From: Candidatus Omnitrophota bacterium
Lineage (GTDB): Bacteria > Omnitrophota > Omnitrophia > Omnitrophales > Aquincolibacteriaceae
Direction of reading: 5' to 3'
NCBI GenBank assembly: GCA_003140935.1
Contig: PLLJ01000021.1
Coordinates: forward strand, 4,555 to 68,554
Length of the DNA stretch: 64,000 nt
A program made the translations under genes and the position numbers. Below, in pieces: positions 47,848 through 56,900 of the stretch (position 1 is the stretch's first letter; each line of letters starts with the position of its first letter). The notes under the pieces are model-generated. The model saw only the letters and a program-made list of their open reading frames with translations. It was not told the DNA's origin and searched no databases.

Positions 47848-49421
47848 AGACGGTTTTTCAAGAGCTGAAAAAGAGACTCGGTGATGCGATCTTGGAGGTT
47901 TCTGAGGGGCCGGCGAAAGAATGGCATGTTCTTGCGCTAAAAGATTCGATTCTAAAGATCGCGGAATGCCTCATGGAAGTTTTCGGGATGCGGTTCCTTT
48001 TTCTTTCCGGTTCCGATACAAGAAAAGAAAACGGATCTTTTACTCTCCACTACATTTTTTCCTATGCTCAACAGGACCAGTTTTTAACCGTTCAAACGAA
48101 GGTTGAGGAAAAAGACCCTCGTTTCCCGTCTTTAGCCCATTTCTTGCCGAAGGCTAATTGGCATGAGAGGGAAGTCCAGGACCTTTTGGGACTGATTGCG
48201 GTGGGGCATCCGGACCCCAGGCGTCTTGTCCTTCACGAAGACTGGCCTCAGGGGCTTTTCCCGTTGAGAAAAGATTTTGGATCTCCCAAGAAGATCCCCA
48301 GGGCCGCGGGGGATTATGTTTTTGAGCGCGTCGAAGGAGAGGGGATTTTTGAGATCCCCGTGGGTCCCGTTCATGCGGGGATCATTGAGCCCGGGCATTT
48401 TCGTTTTTCATCGGCTGGGGAAAGCATCCTCAAACTCGAAATCCGTCATTTCTACACGCACAAAGGGACCGAAAAATCAGGCGAGGGGAAATCCCCCGAA
48501 CATCTTCTTTGTCTCGCCGAAAGGATCTCGGGAGATAACTCTTTAGCTCATGCGGTGGCTTGCGCTCAGGCGCTTGAGAACCTGGGACGGATAGAGGTTT
48601 CGCCTCGCGCTCAATTTCTCCGGGTTGTTTTTCTTGAAATGGAACGTCTTCATAATCACATGAGCGACATCGCGGGGATCGCTCTGGATATCGCGTTCAG
48701 TTTTGGCGCGAGCCAGCTGATGCGGATCAAGGAAACTCTTTTAAGGCTCAATGAGCGATTGGCCGGGACGCGTCTCTTGCGGGGTGTGGTCACTTTGGGG
48801 GGTGTCCGTCAAGACATCTCCGAGACTCAAAAGGAGTGGCTTATCCAAGAGATCAAAAAGATCAAAAATGATTTTGACCAGACGATCCAACTCCTTTGGC
48901 AGGTCGATTCCCTGATGGATCGGGTCGAAACAACCGGCACGATCAAGAAAGAAGTGGCGGAGGTTCTGGGCGGTGTCGGACCGGTAGCGAGGGCCTCCGG
49001 CATTGACCGCGATCTCCGGCGGGACCATCCTTACGCGGCGTATAAGGATCTCTTTTTCAGGGTTCCTGTTTTTATGGAGGGCGACGTCGAAAGCCGCATG
49101 AAAGTAAAGGCCCAGGAGGTCTATGAATCCTTCAAGCTGATCTACGACGCCCTTTATGCGATGCCGGCGGGCCCCTTGTGCGGCGCAGTCAAGCCGCTCA
49201 TGCCGTCTCAAAGCGCATTGGGCTATACGGAGTCCCCGCGAGGAGAATGCTTTCATTGGATCTCCACGGACGGTCAGGGAAAGATCTCCCGCTGGAAGAT
49301 CCAATCACCGTCGTTCAGCAATTGGCCGTTGATCGAATATGCCGTCCTGGAGAACATAGTTCCCGATTTCCCACTTATTAACAAAAGTATGAATTTATCT
49401 TATTCCGGGAACGATCGGTAA
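47844..49421 (+). CDS. NuoC/D-type large subunit (HyfG/EhrL-like) lacking NiFe-binding cysteines
   Basis: GPVHAGIIEPGHFRF; ERISGD and SMNLSYSGND where both CxxC motifs should be. Confidence 0.88.
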   Translation: MKTVFQELKKRLGDAILEVSEGPAKEWHVLALKDSILKIAECLMEVFGMRFLFLSGSDTRKENGSFTLHYIFSYAQQDQFLTVQTKVEEKDPRFPSLAHFLPKANWHEREVQDLLGLIAVGHPDPRRLVLHEDWPQGLFPLRKDFGSPKKIPRAAGDYVFERVEGEGIFEIPVGPVHAGIIEPGHFRFSSAGESILKLEIRHFYTHKGTEKSGEGKSPEHLLCLAERISGDNSLAHAVACAQALENLGRIEVSPRAQFLRVVFLEMERLHNHMSDIAGIALDIAFSFGASQLMRIKETLLRLNERLAGTRLLRGVVTLGGVRQDISETQKEWLIQEIKKIKNDFDQTIQLLWQVDSLMDRVETTGTIKKEVAEVLGGVGPVARASGIDRDLRRDHPYAAYKDLFFRVPVFMEGDVESRMKVKAQEVYESFKLIYDALYAMPAGPLCGAVKPLMPSQSALGYTESPRGECFHWISTDGQGKISRWKIQSPSFSNWPLIEYAVLENIVPDFPLINKSMNLSYSGNDR

Positions 49422-49441
49422 AAAACAAAAAGGGGTTTTGG

Positions 49442-50350
49442 ATGTTTCGAATTCTTAAAAAAAACATAGAAACGGGAAAAGTCACCCTTCCTTACGCGTC
49501 GCTTACGGCGAAAGCCACGGAAGGTTTTCTCGGCGCACCTGAGGTCGATCCCGCAAAATGCACGGGATGCGGAAAATGCGTCATGGCCTGTCCGACCAAG
49601 GCATTGACGATAGCGGATCCTTCGTCCGAGGACAAGCGCTTTTTTCATCTTTCTTATGGAGACTGCATCTTTTGCGGTCTTTGCGGGCCTGTTTGCCCCC
49701 ATCAGGCGATCTCTTTTAAAGGAAAATTCGATCTTGCTGCGCGAACAAAAAAAGAATTATGCCGGGAATTATCTTTTTCTTTATCCGACTGCCGGAAGGA
49801 TGCCGCCTTTATGGCTCAAGGGGCTTTACCGGTAAAGGAGAAGGTGAGGGAAGTCCCCGGGTTTGAGCAAGGTGATTTTGCCGGCCGGATCTCGACGGAA
49901 GAAATAGGTTTGAGATTAAAAGACAAGATCAAACGCCTTTTCGGCCGGTCGCTTCATATCCGCGAGGTTGACGCGGGTTCCTGTAATGCTTGTGAAGTGG
50001 AGATCGTGAATCTTTCGAACCCGGTTTATGATGCGGAGCGGTTCGGCGTTCATTTCGTTGCTTCGCCAAGGCACGCGGATATGCTTCTTGTGACAGGTCC
50101 GGTGACGCGGCAGATGGAGCTGGCACTCGTGAAGACCTACGAAGCAGTCCCTTCTCCCAAGCTCGTTGTGGTTTGTGGAAGTTGTGCGGTCAGTGGCGGG
50201 ATCTTCGAAGGAAATTATGCGGTGGTGGGGGGAGTGGACCGTTCCATCCCCGTGGATGTTTATATCCCCGGATGCCCTCCGCGGCCGGAAGCCATTCTCC
50301 ACGGAATTTTTCTCGCTTTAGATAAGATACCCGCAGTTAAAGAAGATTAG
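49442..50350 (+). CDS. Fusion of a 2x[4Fe-4S] ferredoxin (NuoI/HyfH-like) and a NuoB/HyfI-like small subunit
   Basis: CTGCGKC...CP, CIFCGLC...CP; GSCNACE, SPRHAD, G.CA, PGCPP. Confidence 0.88.
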   Translation: MFRILKKNIETGKVTLPYASLTAKATEGFLGAPEVDPAKCTGCGKCVMACPTKALTIADPSSEDKRFFHLSYGDCIFCGLCGPVCPHQAISFKGKFDLAARTKKELCRELSFSLSDCRKDAAFMAQGALPVKEKVREVPGFEQGDFAGRISTEEIGLRLKDKIKRLFGRSLHIREVDAGSCNACEVEIVNLSNPVYDAERFGVHFVASPRHADMLLVTGPVTRQMELALVKTYEAVPSPKLVVVCGSCAVSGGIFEGNYAVVGGVDRSIPVDVYIPGCPPRPEAILHGIFLALDKIPAVKED

Positions 50351-50817
50351 CCGGTCTCCTGCCAGATGCTGCCTTTGCGGTCAATCTTGACAACGTTTGC
50401 GATCTTGATCTTAAGAACTATGAACTTCTTGCCCATTTCCAGTTCGTAATGATCGTGAGTTTTCCCGCTCTGGACACCTTCAATGACCCGGGTCGTGGCC
50501 ATCTTGACAAGTTTTTTATCCCATTCTTTGAAGACGTTTTTAAAGACCTTTCCTTTTTCGATCAGTTTCGCCGTGCCATTCAGGCGGTAAGCCTCGAGAC
50601 TGTCCATGTCCATGAAAGAGACCGAGACCCTCGGATTTTCCTTGAGGTTCGTTACCGTTTTTCCGAAAACATAATCAATGAGATAAATGAAATCCCCTTT
50701 GGCGCGGAAGAAGAACTTTGGGGCAGTATTCGGCCCTCCGTCCGGGGTCACTGTGGCGACCGAGACGAATTCCCGTTTTCCAAGAAGCTCGATGATCTTA
50801 TCTGTGATCGCGGCCAT
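50347..50817 (-). CDS. Pyridoxamine 5'-phosphate oxidase-like FMN-binding protein
   Basis: VAT....G.PN.APK, KT..NLKENP.VS. Confidence 0.82.
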   Translation of the reverse strand: MAAITDKIIELLGKREFVSVATVTPDGGPNTAPKFFFRAKGDFIYLIDYVFGKTVTNLKENPRVSVSFMDMDSLEAYRLNGTAKLIEKGKVFKNVFKEWDKKLVKMATTRVIEGVQSGKTHDHYELEMGKKFIVLKIKIANVVKIDRKGSIWQETG

Positions 50818-50974
50818 AAAAGTCCTTTGAGGCTTTTATTATACCTCAATTCAGCTTAAAGGATGCAAGACTCGTGCCAACTGAGAACTCGTCACCCGGG
50901 AAACGCAGAACGGGGAACGTTTTCGTGCGACGTTTCCCATTCCACGGAGAGGCTGTCTTCTCTATAATGCTGTC

Positions 50975-52123
50975 ATGCGCGGCCTCTATGTCCACATCCC
51001 CTTTTGTCAAACACGGTGTCATTATTGCAATTTTGTAACCACGGCGGACCATTCTCCCGGTCTGCGTGAGCGATTTTTGGCAGCGGTTTCAACGGAAACA
51101 AAGCATGTGCGTGACCGTTACGGACGACTTTCATTTGACACGCTTTATCTCGGCGGCGGAACACCTTCGAGTTTGAACATTCCGGAACTGAGGCGGCTGG
51201 TCGAAGGCGTTCGTTCAGTGTTCGAGTTCAAGAACGGATATGAATTCACTCTCGAACTCAATCCGGGCGACGGCGATGAGACGAAGCTGAAAGCGTTTCG
51301 CGAGATCGGCGTGAATCGTATCAGTCTCGGCTGCCAGTCGTTCCGGGACGCGATCCTCAAAAAACTCGGCCGGAGGCATACGGTCCGGGATATCGCAGAA
51401 ACAGCTTCAAAAATACGACAAGCCGGGATCCTCAACGTCAGCTTCGATCTTATGTTGCGTTTGCCGGGCCAAACCGTCGAGGATTTTCGCGGTTCCGTGC
51501 GCCGATGCATCGAACTTAGGGCCTCACAAGTTTCACTTTACGATCTGGAGGTCCATGAGGGAACTCCGTTCGGGCAATCTCTCAAAGAGGGGGAGTTGGA
51601 TCTTCCGGGGGAAGAAGATCATGCCCGGATGTACGAAAGCGCGATCGAGATGCTCACAAGCGCCGGCTATGAACATTACGAGATCTCTAATTTTGCAAAG
51701 CCGGAGTTGGCATCCCGGCATAATCTCATCTATTGGCACAATCAGGAATATCTGGGTCTGGGTCCCGGGGCTTTTACTTATCTGAGCGGGATCCGCTCGC
51801 AGTTCGCATGGGATCTTGCGCGGTATTTTGAAAAATGTGAGGCCACAGATTGGAAAAACGACGTCGAAGACCGGCTTTCGGAAGAGGAGAAAGAGACCGA
51901 ATCTTTGGTCACGGGACTCCGGCTCTGCGAAGGTATCGCGCCCGCTTCATTTCCGAAGATCTATCCGGCGTTAAAAGACCGCCTTCAAACCCTTTATGAC
52001 GAAGGTCTCATAGAGATTTTTGGAGGAAAGAGCCGGCTCACCACTCGCGGAAAATTCCTTTCCGAGGATGTTTTCGCTTTTTTGCTCCTCAAGGGCGCCT
52101 CTTCAACAGCGACTCCCTTGTGA
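50975..52123 (+). CDS. hemW: Radical SAM heme chaperone HemW (HemN-like)
   Basis: YVHIPFC...C.YC.F, GGGTPS, YEISNF, HN..YW. Confidence 0.88.
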   Translation: MRGLYVHIPFCQTRCHYCNFVTTADHSPGLRERFLAAVSTETKHVRDRYGRLSFDTLYLGGGTPSSLNIPELRRLVEGVRSVFEFKNGYEFTLELNPGDGDETKLKAFREIGVNRISLGCQSFRDAILKKLGRRHTVRDIAETASKIRQAGILNVSFDLMLRLPGQTVEDFRGSVRRCIELRASQVSLYDLEVHEGTPFGQSLKEGELDLPGEEDHARMYESAIEMLTSAGYEHYEISNFAKPELASRHNLIYWHNQEYLGLGPGAFTYLSGIRSQFAWDLARYFEKCEATDWKNDVEDRLSEEEKETESLVTGLRLCEGIAPASFPKIYPALKDRLQTLYDEGLIEIFGGKSRLTTRGKFLSEDVFAFLLLKGASSTATPL

Positions 52124-52144
52124 TCCCTGCGGCCCGCGACGCGT

Positions 52145-52894
52145 CTATTTTTTGGCTTTTCCCTGATTTGCCACCGCATCCATGGCGGCTTTGATCTTTT
52201 CGGGGTCGCCCAGATAATAATGCTTTATGGGCTTGAGGTTCTCATCGAGCTCGTAAACAAGCGGGATGCCGGTCGGGATGTTCATGCCGAGGATCTCCTG
52301 CTCTGAGATATTGTCCAAATATTTCACAAGCGCGCGGAGGCTGTTGCCATGCGCCGCAATGAGCACCCTTTTCCCGGCCCGGATCATTGGGGAGACGACA
52401 TCATGCCAGAAGGGAAGGACGCGGGCGACCGTGTCTTTGAGGCATTCCGTGAGCGGAAGATCACTTTTCCTGAAACTCTGGTAACGCGGGTCCTTGGCCG
52501 GATTCCGGGGATCTGTTTTCTCAAGCGCCGGCGGCGGGACGTCATAACTCCGGCGCCAGATCTTGACCTGTTCTTCGCCGTACTTGGCCGCGGTCTCGGA
52601 TTTATTCAGCCCTTGCAGGGAACCATAATGGCGTTCGTTCAACCGCCAGTCCCGGATGACTGGGATCCACATAAGATCCATCTGATCGAGGACGATCCAG
52701 AGCGTCCGGATGGCGCGTTTCAGGACCGAAGTGAACGCGATATCGAAAACGTAGCCTTCTTTTTTAAGGAGCTGACCGCCGTCTTTGGCTTCCGCGAGGC
52801 CTTTTTCCGATAGATCCACGTCATACCAGCCGGTGAACCGGTTCTCTTTATTCCAGATGCTTTCTCCATGACGGATCAAAACGAGTTTATGCAT
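52145..52894 (-). CDS. gpmA: 2,3-bisphosphoglycerate-dependent phosphoglycerate mutase
   Basis: RHGES.WN, LNERHYG, AHGNSLR. Confidence 0.96.
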   Translation of the reverse strand: MHKLVLIRHGESIWNKENRFTGWYDVDLSEKGLAEAKDGGQLLKKEGYVFDIAFTSVLKRAIRTLWIVLDQMDLMWIPVIRDWRLNERHYGSLQGLNKSETAAKYGEEQVKIWRRSYDVPPPALEKTDPRNPAKDPRYQSFRKSDLPLTECLKDTVARVLPFWHDVVSPMIRAGKRVLIAAHGNSLRALVKYLDNISEQEILGMNIPTGIPLVYELDENLKPIKHYYLGDPEKIKAAMDAVANQGKAKK

Positions 52895-52989
52895 AATAGC
52901 TATCTCCGGGTAACAGGGTTGATAAAGATTGAACAACAGGGGGGGAATATATCAGCTAGAAGGCCGAAAGCAAAGGTCAAAAACACCCA

Positions 52990-53017
52990 TTGACCCTAAG
53001 ACGGTAATCTCTATAAT
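52990..53017 (+). promoter_or_regulatory. sigma70-like promoter upstream of tRNA-Asn
   Basis: TTGACC-N16-TATAAT. Confidence 0.55.
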
Positions 53018-53149
53018 TGGGGCTTCCAGAAGTGGTTTTTTTACTCTTTAACAGGTTATTCCCCTATCCTAAAGGACTGCGGGCAATGGCTTGTTCATGA
53101 ATCATGGAAAGTGACCGGCATATCGGTCACATGTTTTTTAAAAGATCAT

Positions 53150-53225
53150 TCCCCTGTAGCTCAGCTGGTAGAGCATGCGGCTGTTAACCGCAGTGTCCCT
53201 GGTTCGATCCCAGGCGGGGGAGCCA
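53150..53225 (+). tRNA. tRNA-Asn (GTT)
   Basis: 76-nt cloverleaf TCCCCTG...CGGGGGA-G-CCA; anticodon loop CTGTTAA; T arm with GGTTCGATCC. Confidence 0.97.
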
Positions 53226-54803
53226 TTCCTTAACTTCCGGCGCACCAGCGCCGGAAGGGTTAGTCGTAGGTGGAAATTGCCCTTTTTGAGCTTCGTGCTC
53301 GAAGAGGGCAATTTCTATTTCTGAAGGTGTCCACGTTACCCGTTCCACAAACAAAGGCAGCAATTCCTTCATCTCCGCAGGATCAGCCGCTTCGTAGATC
53401 TGGCTGAATTTTGTCAGGGATTCATACATGATCCGGGCATTCATGGTCTGTTGCTGGATCTGCCCGATCTCAAAGTCAATATTCTGGATATCTTTCCCGA
53501 TCTGGTCTTTCTGGTCCTCAAGCTCACGAAGCTCTTCCGTGATCGATCTATTGATCTTGAGATCCGAATGGGAGGAGATGTTGTGCAGGATGTTCTTGAT
53601 CTTGCCTTTGATCCCGGTGAGCTTGATCTCCTGATGTTTCCTGTCTTTCTTTAATCCGACAAGACTGGATCCGGTATCCTTATTAGCTTCGTCTACTATC
53701 TTCTGAACCCTCTGTTTGTCGGTGCTCATCTTTTTGATCTCGCTTAATACAGCATTTTCCAGTTGGATCGCAGGCGCATACTTCATCTTGCAGGCAGATT
53801 TCCCGCTATTGGCATTGCGCGTACACTGATAGTAGTAGCAAAGTCCGTTTCTTCCGGTGCAGTACTTGGTAGACATGTAGTTTCCGCACCAGCCGCACTT
53901 AAGAAGCCCCTGGAGGAGGAACACATGCTTGACCTTCCGCTTGGGGTTGGTCCTTTTGGGAGCCTGTAGCTGGATCTTCCGGTTCACGTCGTGCCACAGC
54001 TCTTGGGTGACGATCGGAGGGTGCTGGCCGTTGTAAACTTTTTCGAGTTGCTTGATCTCCCCTAGATAAAGAGGATTGCTCAGGATATGCAGGACATTCT
54101 GGTTATAAAATGAGGAACCGCCTTTTTTAGAGTTCTTCCTTTTGGAGACGTATTCTTTTGTGCGATAACCATGCTCGTTGAGGAACTCCACGACCTTAAG
54201 GACGGAGCCCTTCTCCAGATATTTGTTAAAGATCAGGTTGACGAACTTCGCTTCCTGTTTATTTACGACAAGTTTTTTGTCGACAAGGTCATAGCCCAGC
54301 ACGTGTCCGCCATTCCAGAGCCCCTGCTGAGCCCGCCAAAGAAGCTTGTCCTTCGTTCGCTTGGAGGTCTGCTCTCGCTCCAGCTCAGCCCAGACAAGTG
54401 TCATCTTAAGCATTGCCTGCCCCATGGGAGTGGAGGTGTCGAAACCTTCCTCAAGCGAGATGAAATCGGCGTTGTGCCTTTTGAAGGTATCGCTCAGCTT
54501 GTAGAAATCAATGAGAGAGCGGGTGATGCGATCGATCTTGGTGCAGAGGACCGTGTTGATCCTGCCGTCTTTCACATCAGAGAGAAGTTCTTGCAGAGCG
54601 GGTCTGTCAGTATTCTTCCCGGACTTGCCTTCTTCACGGTAGACGCGGACCAGCTTCCATTTTGCGGAATCGTCGCTTCCCGGAACTTCACGGAATTTGA
54701 CGTACTGCTTGAGCCTGTCCGTTTGTGTATCAAGGGATCCGTCGCGTAATTCCGCCTGGCGCTCCGTAGAGACTCTGACATATAAACCGCACAGCTTGGC
54801 CAT
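53184..54803 (-). CDS. Large serine recombinase (resolvase + recombinase + zinc ribbon + coiled coil)
   Basis: YVRVST, SGK...RP, DRITRS, CGWCG...YYQC...C; C-terminus overlaps the tRNA antisense. Confidence 0.93.
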   Translation of the reverse strand: MAKLCGLYVRVSTERQAELRDGSLDTQTDRLKQYVKFREVPGSDDSAKWKLVRVYREEGKSGKNTDRPALQELLSDVKDGRINTVLCTKIDRITRSLIDFYKLSDTFKRHNADFISLEEGFDTSTPMGQAMLKMTLVWAELEREQTSKRTKDKLLWRAQQGLWNGGHVLGYDLVDKKLVVNKQEAKFVNLIFNKYLEKGSVLKVVEFLNEHGYRTKEYVSKRKNSKKGGSSFYNQNVLHILSNPLYLGEIKQLEKVYNGQHPPIVTQELWHDVNRKIQLQAPKRTNPKRKVKHVFLLQGLLKCGWCGNYMSTKYCTGRNGLCYYYQCTRNANSGKSACKMKYAPAIQLENAVLSEIKKMSTDKQRVQKIVDEANKDTGSSLVGLKKDRKHQEIKLTGIKGKIKNILHNISSHSDLKINRSITEELRELEDQKDQIGKDIQNIDFEIGQIQQQTMNARIMYESLTKFSQIYEAADPAEMKELLPLFVERVTWTPSEIEIALFEHEAQKGQFPPTTNPSGAGAPEVKEWLPRLGSNQGHCG

Positions 54804-54951
54804 TTTTCCTCCGGGGTTGAATAATGGATCTCGATGCGCTATACTTAGCTAAGCAACAGTTATTATAAAGCATCGATAAGGAGAAATCAATCAAATGAGG
54901 AAGTTCACGTTTTGCCCCGCAATCTGCTACACTACAGCTATGATTTTATTC

Positions 54952-55001
54952 ATGTTTGACTATCCTGTATGGACATGTTAGATTATATTTAAACCAAACA
55001 T
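54952..55001 (+). promoter_or_regulatory. abiE promoter framed by an inverted repeat (candidate AbiEi operator)
   Basis: TTGACT-N17-TAGATT within ATGTTTG...CAAACAT. Confidence 0.45.
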
Positions 55002-55027
55002 CGAATTAAGCATATTAAAAACGTAGG

Positions 55028-55813
55028 ATGACAACTATGGATAGTCAAAAAGCAAGTAAGATAAACCAACTCATGAAAGCATGGCCGAAAGGGACTGTAG
55101 CCGTTTATAGCTGGCTGGCCTCCCAGGGGGTTTACCGCCAATTGGCCGGCAGTTATATCAAGGGATCCTGGATCGACCGGATCGGGCGCGGAGCTTTCAA
55201 GCGGGCGGGTGAAAAAGCGGACTGGACCGGCGCGCTCTATGCCATGCAGACACAACTGAAACTCTCGGTGCACGCGGCCGGAAAAACGGCGCTTGGGTTA
55301 CAAGGGTATGCGCACTATGTGCCCATGGGCGCCGGTCAGACGGTCGTTCTTTTCGGGAGTCCCACTGAGAAACTTCCGGAGTGGTTCCGGCGTTATGACT
55401 GGAAAATGAAACCGAGATACACCGCGACAGGATTCCTGGACGTCAAAAAGAGCACGGGCCTTGCCGATCACGCGCTGGGTGATTATTCGATAAAGATCTC
55501 TTCACCCGAGCGGGCGCTACTCGAGGTCTGCTACGATGTGCCTGACGAAGAATCCTATGAGGAAGCCGGTCTCTTGATGGAAGGCCTGACGACATTGCGT
55601 TCCGAGCTGGTCCGGGAGCTTCTAAAAGAGTGCCGCTCCGTCAAGGCAAAGCGCCTTTTCATGCATCTGGCTGAAAAACAGGGTCATGCCTGGGTGAAGA
55701 AGCTCGATCTCAAGAGGGTCGACTTCGGCAGTGGTAAGCGCATGATCGGCAAGCACGGAACCTATGACGCGAAATACAAGATCGTGGTGCCTGTGGCAAA
55801 AGAGGGAACATGA
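55028..55813 (+). CDS. abiEi: Type IV TA antitoxin AbiEi
   Basis: wHTH-like N-terminus (W...GRGAF), TAL..G.AHY, S.PERA.LE, KRLF..LAE. Confidence 0.85.
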   Translation: MTTMDSQKASKINQLMKAWPKGTVAVYSWLASQGVYRQLAGSYIKGSWIDRIGRGAFKRAGEKADWTGALYAMQTQLKLSVHAAGKTALGLQGYAHYVPMGAGQTVVLFGSPTEKLPEWFRRYDWKMKPRYTATGFLDVKKSTGLADHALGDYSIKISSPERALLEVCYDVPDEESYEEAGLLMEGLTTLRSELVRELLKECRSVKAKRLFMHLAEKQGHAWVKKLDLKRVDFGSGKRMIGKHGTYDAKYKIVVPVAKEGT

Positions 55814-56730
55814 AGAACAGCCTCTATTACAAACAAGCCGATCTTCTGATCCGCATCCTTCCGCATGTCGCGGAAGAACCCGATTTTGCCCTGCACGGCG
55901 GCACAGCCATTAATTTTTTCGTTCGCGGTCTCCCAAGACTGTCCGTGGATATCGATCTTACCTACCTTCCCGTGGAATCCCGGGAGGATACACTCCGTCA
56001 TATCGGGGAGAAACTCCGGATCATCGCGCAAAAGATCAGAAAGACCATCTCCGGAGTCAGGGTCGAAGAGAAGATCGACAAAACAAGCGGTGCCGTTACC
56101 AAGCTTTTTGCGAACCAGCAGGGAGCCCTTGTGAAGATCGAACCCAATCTGATCATCCGGGGAGCCGTTTCTGCCTGCGAGGAAAGGGAACTTTCAAAAG
56201 AAGCGAGAGACTTCTTCGAGAAATCCGTGAGCGTAAAGATGCTTTCTTTCCAGGACCTTTACGGCAGCAAGATATGCGCGGCATTGGACCGGCAGCATTC
56301 CCGGGATTTTTTCGATGTGAAGATACTCCTGGAGAACGAGGGGATCACCGACGCGGTCCGGAAGTCTTTTCTGGTCTATCTGATCAGCCATAACCGGCCC
56401 ATGTATGAAGTCCTGGCGCCTCGTCTGAAAGACCTCCGGCCTGTTTTTGAGAAAGAATTCTTGGGGATGACCCGGATCGCCGTGACCTGCGAAGAGCTCG
56501 AACGCGTCCGGAAAGAACTGATCGCGAAGGTCCGGAGCATGCTCACCCCGGATGAACGCGAATTTTTAATGTCCTTCAAGGAAAGAACCCCGAAATGGCA
56601 GCTTCTTGGGGTGGAGGGCGCCGAGCGGTTGCCCGCCGTACGCTGGAAGCTGGCCAATCTCGAAAAAATCGAGCGCGGAAAACATAAGGTCACCGTGGCG
56701 CGGCTAAAAAAAGCTTTAGAACTTTCCTGA
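55810..56730 (+). CDS. abiEii: Type IV TA toxin AbiEii (nucleotidyltransferase)
   Basis: GGTAIN, RLSVDIDL, K.CAAL.R..RD.FD; ATGA overlap with abiEi. Confidence 0.9.
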   Translation: MKNSLYYKQADLLIRILPHVAEEPDFALHGGTAINFFVRGLPRLSVDIDLTYLPVESREDTLRHIGEKLRIIAQKIRKTISGVRVEEKIDKTSGAVTKLFANQQGALVKIEPNLIIRGAVSACEERELSKEARDFFEKSVSVKMLSFQDLYGSKICAALDRQHSRDFFDVKILLENEGITDAVRKSFLVYLISHNRPMYEVLAPRLKDLRPVFEKEFLGMTRIAVTCEELERVRKELIAKVRSMLTPDEREFLMSFKERTPKWQLLGVEGAERLPAVRWKLANLEKIERGKHKVTVARLKKALELS

Positions 56731-56900
56731 AATATCAACGGCGCAATCGGCGATCTTCCCTTCAAAAGTGGTCCTTTTTTCTATCCGTTCGCGATTAGAG
56801 AAATTTCTTAAAACTCTCCTCAAAGGGGTTAGAATACGCGCGTAGCGGCAGTGTGATAAGTAGCGGCCAACATGGAGACAATTAAAATAGGGAAGAGTGT

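Noticed and set aside
47844-49421. Active NiFe hydrogenase or formate hydrogenlyase
   Set aside because: All four metal-binding cysteines are absent.
37986-54827. Shared 12-mer GTTGAATAATGG upstream of two minus-strand genes (37986 and 54816)
   Set aside because: Only two copies, next to unrelated genes; cannot be distinguished from chance.
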